From Patescibacteria group bacterium (lineage in GTDB: Bacteria; Patescibacteriota; Patescibacteriia; UBA2591; JAQUPP01): a stretch of 35,312 nucleotides of DNA. Below, in pieces: positions 29,786 to 35,312 of this stretch; position 1 is the stretch's first letter; every line of letters starts with the position of its first letter. A model generated the notes under the pieces. The model was not told the DNA's origin. It saw only the letters and a list, made by a program, of their open reading frames with translations, and made no database searches. The stretch spans positions 1 to 35,312 of the forward strand of contig JAQUPP010000001.1 of NCBI GenBank assembly GCA_028716665.1, written 5' to 3'. The translations under genes were made by a program, and so were the position numbers.

Positions 29786-32752
29786 TTATTTTTCCGTTAA
29801 AACCAAAGCAATAGACATTTTATTTCCATCGATGTCAAATTCTTTTTGAATCAAAGATTGATCGGGTATTTTTTTGAAGATATTCTTGCTGGCGGTTTTT
29901 TCTTTCAGAAGATTCGCAAAATCATTCATTACTTCTTCAAGGTCTGCAAAAGAAGTTTGATAATAAATATCAACTTGATCTTTTTGCGTTAAACCGGATT
30001 CTTTTCGCAAAGAATTGATGTTTCTGGTCAATTCCCGCGCCAATCCTTCCTTTTTCAGTTCTGGAGTGACATTTGTCTCAAGGGCTATTTTAATTTCAGA
30101 GTCTTCGTTTATTTGCTGTCCATTTCCTTGCGGCAAATTTTCCACAAAATTAATTTCTTTCAGATTAACTTCATTTTTAATTAAATCAATCAAGCCTTGA
30201 TTGGCAAATAGTTTCATTTTTACGGAAAGTGTTTTAAGCGGTTGGCGAACTTTAATCTTCGCTTTTAATCTGAGATTGTGCGATATTTCACAAATTTTTC
30301 TGACCGTTTCCATTTCTTCCAATAATTTTTCTCCTTGTTTTATTAATGCTTCGTCCGCGGTCGGCCAATCATCCAAATGAACCGATTCTTTAATTTTTCC
30401 TTGAGTTAAATCAAGATATAATTTTTCGGCGCAGAACGGCGTAAATGGAGCCAATAATTTCGTTAAATTCAATAAAATATAATAAAGAGTTTGACTCGCC
30501 TCTTCTTGTTTGTCGGAAAAACGATCGCGAGAACGCCGCAAATACCATTGAGATAAATCAGTGATGAAAGCTTCAATAATTCTGGTTGTTCCGGTTAAAT
30601 CATATTTGTCCATTTTCTGACTAACTTCTTTAATCAATAAAGAAAATTTAGTCAAAATCCACTGATCAATAATATTTTCTGATTTTTTAAATTCTGCCGG
30701 ATTAGAAACCTTTAAACCATAAGTATTATAAAATTCAAAAACATTCCAAAAAATCAAAAACATCCGCTGAGTGGCTTTTTTAATTTCTATCGGATCAAAT
30801 GATTTACTCTCGCCGGATTGATTAACCGTATATAAAAACCACCGAATGGGATCAGCGCCATATTGCTCAACTGCATTCCAAGAAACAACATTGCCTTTTG
30901 ATTTGGACATTTTTTCTCCCTTAGCATCCAAAACAAAATCAAGACAAATCACATTTTTATAACTGGCGCCCTTGTCAATCAAAGTTGAAATCGCCAAAAG
31001 TGAATAAAACCAACCTCTGGTTTGATCCATTGCTTCGGAAATAAAATCAGCCGGATAACTTTGACCTTGAGCCTGTCCTGAGCTTGTGGTTCGATCTTGC
31101 TCACCACCATGAACTTGTTGAATGGTCGAAGGATCAATTTTTTCAACATTTTCAAAAGGATAGTGCCATTGAGCAAAGGGCATTGAACCGGAGTCAAACC
31201 AACAATCCAAAACTTCCGGCACTCTTTTCATTTCTCCGCCACAATCAGGGCAAGACCAAGATAATTCGTCAATTTGCGGCCGATGCGGATCAAAATTTTC
31301 TCCCAAATTTTTATTTGTTTTTTTCGCCAATTCTTCAAAGGAACCGACGCATTCGCGATGTTTGCATTTTTGACATTCCCAAATCGGCAAAGGCGTGCCC
31401 CAATATCTTTCGCGGGAAATCGCCCAATCTCTGATATTTTCTAGCCATTCGCCGAATCTTCCCTCTTTGATATGAGCCGGGACCCAATTGATAGTCTGAC
31501 TGTTTTTAATTAAATTTTCTTTCACCTGAGGATCAGTAACTTTTATAAACCAAGACATTTTGGCGTAATAAAGTAAAGGAGTTTTACAGCGCCAACAAAA
31601 AGGATAATCATGATGAATTTTTTCCGTTTTAATTAAAATTTTTCTGTTTTCCAAATCTTTGATAATCAAGGGGTCGGCGTCTTTAACCCAAATTCCGGCC
31701 CAAGGCTTAATTTCATTTTTCATTTTTCCATCAAGCTCAACTGTCATCAAAGTTGGTAAATTATTTTCTTTACCCGCTTCCATATCTTCTATGCCAAAAG
31801 CCGGAGCAATATGAACAATACCTGTGCCGTCTCCCGTGGAAACAAAATCTCCATGAATGACAAACCAAGCCCGTTTTTCCGGTTTAATAAAATCAAAAAG
31901 CGGCTGATAATCCAGATTTAATAATTTCTCTCCCAAAAATTCTTCAACAATTTCATAATCGCCATCAATCACATTTAACCTGCTTTTTGCCAAAATCCAA
32001 TATTCTCCATCTTTTGAAATTTTTACATAATCAACACCCTTATTCACTGCTAAAGCAACATTGCCCGGCAAAGTCCAAGGCGTGGTTGTCCAGGCCAAAA
32101 GATATGTTGGAATTTGGAATTTGGAATCTAGAATTTGGAATTTTAAATAGACCGAAGTTTCTTCAATATTTTGATAACCTTGAGCGACTTCGTGAGAAGA
32201 TAACGCCGTGCCGCAACGCGGACAGCAAGGCACAACTTTATAATCTTGATAAAGCAATCCTTTATTCCAAATTTTCGCCAAAATCCACCAAACAGTTTCG
32301 ATATAAGACGAATCATAAGTTACATAAGGATGTTTTAAGTCCAACCAAAAACCTATTCTTTCAGTCATTCTTTCCCATTCATCTTTGTATTTCCAAACAT
32401 TTTCCCGACATTTTTGATTGAATTTATCAATGCCGAATTTTTCAATATCCGGTTTGCCGCTGATGCCGATTTCTTTCTCCACTTCGAGTTCAACCGGCAA
32501 GCCCTGGGCATCCCAACCAGCCTTGCGATCAACGTGAAATCCTTGCATTGTTTTATACCGCAAAACCGCGTCTTTGTAAAAACGCGTTAAAGCATGGCCG
32601 ATATGCGGACGGCCATTGGCGGTTGGTGGACCTTCAAAAAAGACGAAATTGCCCTGAGGGGCTTTTTTTGACAGAGATTTATCAAAAATCTCTTTTTCTC
32701 GCCAAAATTTAAGGATTTCCTCTTCAATTTGTAAAAAATTTATTTGAGCCAT
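29786..32752 (-). CDS. ileS: Isoleucine--tRNA ligase (type 2, eukaryote/archaeal-like form)
   Basis: 988 aa. Motifs: PPTANGRPHIGH (HIGH), WTTTPWTLPGN (editing domain), DQTRGWFYS, KMSKSKGN. Confidence 0.97.
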   Translation of the reverse strand: MAQINFLQIEEEILKFWREKEIFDKSLSKKAPQGNFVFFEGPPTANGRPHIGHALTRFYKDAVLRYKTMQGFHVDRKAGWDAQGLPVELEVEKEIGISGKPDIEKFGIDKFNQKCRENVWKYKDEWERMTERIGFWLDLKHPYVTYDSSYIETVWWILAKIWNKGLLYQDYKVVPCCPRCGTALSSHEVAQGYQNIEETSVYLKFQILDSKFQIPTYLLAWTTTPWTLPGNVALAVNKGVDYVKISKDGEYWILAKSRLNVIDGDYEIVEEFLGEKLLNLDYQPLFDFIKPEKRAWFVIHGDFVSTGDGTGIVHIAPAFGIEDMEAGKENNLPTLMTVELDGKMKNEIKPWAGIWVKDADPLIIKDLENRKILIKTEKIHHDYPFCWRCKTPLLYYAKMSWFIKVTDPQVKENLIKNSQTINWVPAHIKEGRFGEWLENIRDWAISRERYWGTPLPIWECQKCKHRECVGSFEELAKKTNKNLGENFDPHRPQIDELSWSCPDCGGEMKRVPEVLDCWFDSGSMPFAQWHYPFENVEKIDPSTIQQVHGGEQDRTTSSGQAQGQSYPADFISEAMDQTRGWFYSLLAISTLIDKGASYKNVICLDFVLDAKGEKMSKSKGNVVSWNAVEQYGADPIRWFLYTVNQSGESKSFDPIEIKKATQRMFLIFWNVFEFYNTYGLKVSNPAEFKKSENIIDQWILTKFSLLIKEVSQKMDKYDLTGTTRIIEAFITDLSQWYLRRSRDRFSDKQEEASQTLYYILLNLTKLLAPFTPFCAEKLYLDLTQGKIKESVHLDDWPTADEALIKQGEKLLEEMETVRKICEISHNLRLKAKIKVRQPLKTLSVKMKLFANQGLIDLIKNEVNLKEINFVENLPQGNGQQINEDSEIKIALETNVTPELKKEGLARELTRNINSLRKESGLTQKDQVDIYYQTSFADLEEVMNDFANLLKEKTASKNIFKKIPDQSLIQKEFDIDGNKMSIALVLTEK

Positions 32753-32814
32753 ATTGGATATAAAGTTTTAATAACTTAATTTTAACAGAAAAAAATAAAA
32801 AAGCAAGGGATTGA

Positions 32815-32852
32815 CCCCCGCCTAAATTTTTTGTAAAAAATTTAGGCGGGGG
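32815..32852. repeat. Perfect 18+18 bp palindrome abutting the -35 element
   Basis: CCCCCGCCTAAATTTTTT-GT-AAAAAATTTAGGCGGGGG, flanked on both sides by TTGA (32811-32814 and 32853-32856). Confidence 0.9.
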
Positions 32853-32881
32853 TTGACAAAAGGCAAAAATTATACCAAAAT
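32853..32881 (+). promoter_or_regulatory. Promoter, third copy of the conserved GGGGTTGACAAAA...AAAATAATAACAA module
   Basis: TTGACA (32853-32858), a 17-nt spacer, CAAAAT (32876-32881). The sequence GGGGTTGACAAAAGGCAAAAATTATACCAAAATAATAACAA aligns with 19898-19938. Confidence 0.5.
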
Positions 32882-32931
32882 AATAACAAGCAAGTTTGCT
32901 ATAAATATAGCACCTTTAAAAGGGGGAAGAG

Positions 32932-33342
32932 ATGAAAAATTTATTACTTGTTGTTCTAATGCTATTTTCTCAAATATCCGCATTGGAAGCAAAAAATATG
33001 ATTGGGCCGGCGCTCGAATGGAAATCTCCGAATACTTTTTCTCTAAATGCTCTCTACTTAATTCCTACCAGCGAAAATTTCAGTCTTAGGATAGAACCCG
33101 GGATCAGTTCTTCTAACCAATTTTGCAAGATTGGAATACAGATATCTTTAGGTCCTGAACGAAAAGTTTATGGCTGCGTTCTGGGCGTATTTTCCCCGGA
33201 TCAAATAGCCATTAACACCGGGATAGGAATTATGTGCAATACTCATTATGGATTAGAGTGCAGTCTGGTAGCACCGATGGTGACTAATCTCAATCAAGAC
33301 GCGTCATATTCAATTTCAAGTGAAGTTTATTATCTCTTTTAA
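32932..33342 (+). CDS. Small secreted beta-rich hypothetical protein (4 Cys, C-terminal YYLF)
   Basis: 136 aa. Signal peptide MKNLLLVVLMLFSQISALEA, GGGGGA Shine-Dalgarno, alternating hydrophobic pattern. A strong terminator follows. Confidence 0.6.
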   Translation: MKNLLLVVLMLFSQISALEAKNMIGPALEWKSPNTFSLNALYLIPTSENFSLRIEPGISSSNQFCKIGIQISLGPERKVYGCVLGVFSPDQIAINTGIGIMCNTHYGLECSLVAPMVTNLNQDASYSISSEVYYLF

Positions 33343-33344
33343 CA

Positions 33345-33377
33345 AAAAATGGCTCTCAAAAAACGAGAGCCATTTTT
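33345..33377. terminator. Bidirectional intrinsic terminator between convergent genes
   Basis: AAAAATGGCTCTC-AAAAAAC-GAGAGCCATTTTT, a 13-bp stem with A/T runs on both sides. Confidence 0.8.
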
Positions 33378-33394
33378 CTATTGAATTTTTAAAA

Positions 33395-35293
33395 TTAAAT
33401 TACCCTGCCTTTCCCTTCGCCAATCGGATCGTCCTGTAAATTGCTATCGAGTGAAGCTTTTTGATCTTGAATTATATTGCCGGTAAATTGGTCTTTTGCT
33501 TCCATGGTTATGGGGTCGGTTAAAAATAATATTTGACCGGAAGATGAAGAATCAGGTGTAGCACTGACCTCAAAAGATGATTCTACAAACGAGTATGATC
33601 CGCCCTGATAAGCGTCTAATTGCGGAATTTGCCAACTTATTTCACGAGTGGATTCGTCATAAGAAATTGAACCGTGGCTGGCCTTTGTCTGCCCGATCCA
33701 AGAAACACCGGCCGGCAACTTGGTTCTGACCGAAATATTTTCCACCGGATTAATGGTATTTTTTAATTGCCAAAAAATCCAATAACGAGTTTCTTGACCG
33801 ACTTGCGGCGGCAATGGTCCTTGGCCAATTACTGCATTTTCATCATCATAATAACGAGCTTCGGCATTTAAATTAAGATTTGTATTTATCTTAACATTTA
33901 TTTTAAGTCCTTCTATTTCAAATAATCGGGAAGCGTCGCTTAATTGTCCGTTTGCCAAAGCTTGAATTTCAATTTTGGGTTGAGAACCGGCATTAATAAT
34001 CGCGTTAAGTTGTTTAATCGGCAAATTAAAACTTATTTTTCCGCTCGCCCCGGGCGCAATTTCCGAAAAATCAGGATTTATTTTTTTATCCCAAGAAATA
34101 ATATATTCATCCGAAGAATCCGAGCCGGCGTTGGAAGACCAAATTTTTGACTGAATAAGCGGCGAAATATTGTCTTCGCCGAAATATTGCCAAAAAGATT
34201 TTTTAAGTCCGACAAAATCAATATATGAAGCATCTGTTAATTTCAATTGAAGAACCAAATCTTTAATGGTTTTAAAACTATTATTTTGATAACTTAAATT
34301 GATTGGCAATATGCCTCCCCAACTGACACTCTGCTCAGAATCTTGTTTTGAAGCCACTTCCAGAGCAACACTTAAATCAAATTTTTGAATAAGAATTTTT
34401 TTCTCTTCGGAAAATTGAGGAGAAAATCGGCCATTATTTAAATCACCTGCTTCCATTTTAAAATTCAATGATTCTAAAAGAGAATTTTTAGTATAACCGT
34501 CAATTTCCAATAACTTTTTTTCATTAGGACCGAGATTGTCAATTGTCCATTTAATTTTATTTTCTTCTTTCTGAGATTCCGGACGGGACGCATTAACAAT
34601 AAAATCCGGACCGGTGTCAACATTCACTTGAAGAGAAGGGATATTTTCATTACTGACATTTTCCACCAGTAACGAAGAAGTTAAAGTTTCACTGAAATTA
34701 TAAGTTTCGGGAGTTTCCCATTGGACGCTGATAATCGGCTTTAGAATAACGCTGTCAGAAAATTTTTTCTGAAAATCAGCGGAAAATCCGGAAAGACGAA
34801 AATTTAATTTTCCCTCAAATACGCCCTCTTCATTGGCCAAACCGAATAATTTTCCTTTTAAATCAATTCTTTTTAATTCATCTTTGCCGATTTTAGTGAA
34901 AAGCCAAACACAACCGTGGACTAAAGTTTGATTGCATTCCGGCGCGCTGGAAGTAAAAATAAATTTATCGGGAAAATTTAAAACAACCTCCACATTTTCC
35001 AGATCATTTTTCTCTTCATTTTTAACAAAAACGGAAAGAGTATTTTCCTCTCCGATTATTTGTTCATGGCTGTAATCCAGCCAAAATTTTACATCTTCAT
35101 TGTCATTTTGCGTTTTGTGGGAATTAAAATAAAAAAAAGCGCCGATACTGGCCGCTATAACTAAAATCAAAAAAATAAAAAAGAAGCCAAAGGTGCTCGG
35201 CTTTTTTGATTTTGCCCGATCTAGCTTCTTTGTTTTAAAAGAAGAATTTTCAGGCCTAAATTGCTCTAGGCCTGATAAATATCTTTTAGCCAT
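33395..35293 (-). CDS. Large membrane-anchored extracellular hypothetical protein (repetitive beta-rich ectodomain)
   Basis: 632 aa. Basic N-terminus followed by one TM segment (FGFFFIFLILVIAASIGAFFYF), then a long hydrophilic beta-type region. No catalytic motif recognised. Confidence 0.55.
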   Translation of the reverse strand: MAKRYLSGLEQFRPENSSFKTKKLDRAKSKKPSTFGFFFIFLILVIAASIGAFFYFNSHKTQNDNEDVKFWLDYSHEQIIGEENTLSVFVKNEEKNDLENVEVVLNFPDKFIFTSSAPECNQTLVHGCVWLFTKIGKDELKRIDLKGKLFGLANEEGVFEGKLNFRLSGFSADFQKKFSDSVILKPIISVQWETPETYNFSETLTSSLLVENVSNENIPSLQVNVDTGPDFIVNASRPESQKEENKIKWTIDNLGPNEKKLLEIDGYTKNSLLESLNFKMEAGDLNNGRFSPQFSEEKKILIQKFDLSVALEVASKQDSEQSVSWGGILPINLSYQNNSFKTIKDLVLQLKLTDASYIDFVGLKKSFWQYFGEDNISPLIQSKIWSSNAGSDSSDEYIISWDKKINPDFSEIAPGASGKISFNLPIKQLNAIINAGSQPKIEIQALANGQLSDASRLFEIEGLKINVKINTNLNLNAEARYYDDENAVIGQGPLPPQVGQETRYWIFWQLKNTINPVENISVRTKLPAGVSWIGQTKASHGSISYDESTREISWQIPQLDAYQGGSYSFVESSFEVSATPDSSSSGQILFLTDPITMEAKDQFTGNIIQDQKASLDSNLQDDPIGEGKGRVI

Positions 35294-35312
35294 AATAAAA
35301 AATTAAGGCGAT

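Noticed and set aside
32853-33089. 78-aa ORF (MTKGKNYTKII...) overlapping the start of the 136-aa secreted protein gene
   Set aside because: It starts inside the promoter -35 element with a non-ATG codon and has no Shine-Dalgarno. The alternative frame has a Shine-Dalgarno, a signal peptide and a terminator.

Overview
The window is an AT-rich, gene-dense bacterial fragment. About 85% is coding, and most genes are on the minus strand. The gene content resembles a small-genome Patescibacteria/CPR-like organism; this is inference, not proof. The evidence is a compact housekeeping set, a 23S rRNA 5' end with no 16S or spacer tRNA upstream, stand-alone GIY-YIG genes beside tRNAs, and surface-glycan genes. 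ORFs close normally with TAA, TAG and TGA (pyrG ends on TGA at normal length), so the standard bacterial code applies.

Recognisable genes:
- partial 23S rRNA
- pyrG, a DUF523/TudS-like protein, and a pyrC-like dihydroorotase
- P-type ATPase, uppP, a MazG-like protein, an HI0933-type flavoprotein
- DEAD-box helicase, an EEP-family protein, an FkbM methyltransferase
- tRNA-Ser, tRNA-Pro, tRNA-Gly and two GIY-YIG genes
- an O-antigen-ligase-like protein and a Wzx-like flippase
- a SpoIID/LytB protein and an SPFH protein
- two tandem hexulose-phosphate-synthase-like paralogues
- tgt, recO, ileS

The most interesting locus is 19.9-21.5 kb. A strong promoter drives a radical SAM/SPASM enzyme, followed 21 nt later by a 46-aa Cys/Pro-rich ORF (21274-21414). 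That ORF is too short for the supplied ORF track. The pair looks like a RiPP precursor and maturase that would form thioether crosslinks.

Other observations:
- 23-nt inverted-repeat brackets sit directly in front of the two glycan genes.
- tRNA-end fragments surround both GIY-YIG genes.
- An AT-rich ~57-nt repeat lies in frame twice inside the ligase-like gene.
- A near-identical promoter module is used three times.
- A promoter flanked by DnaA boxes drives a short terminated leader upstream of the 23S gene.
- There is evidence of gene conversion between the tandem HPS-like paralogues.

No CRISPR array, transposase or integrase gene is visible.
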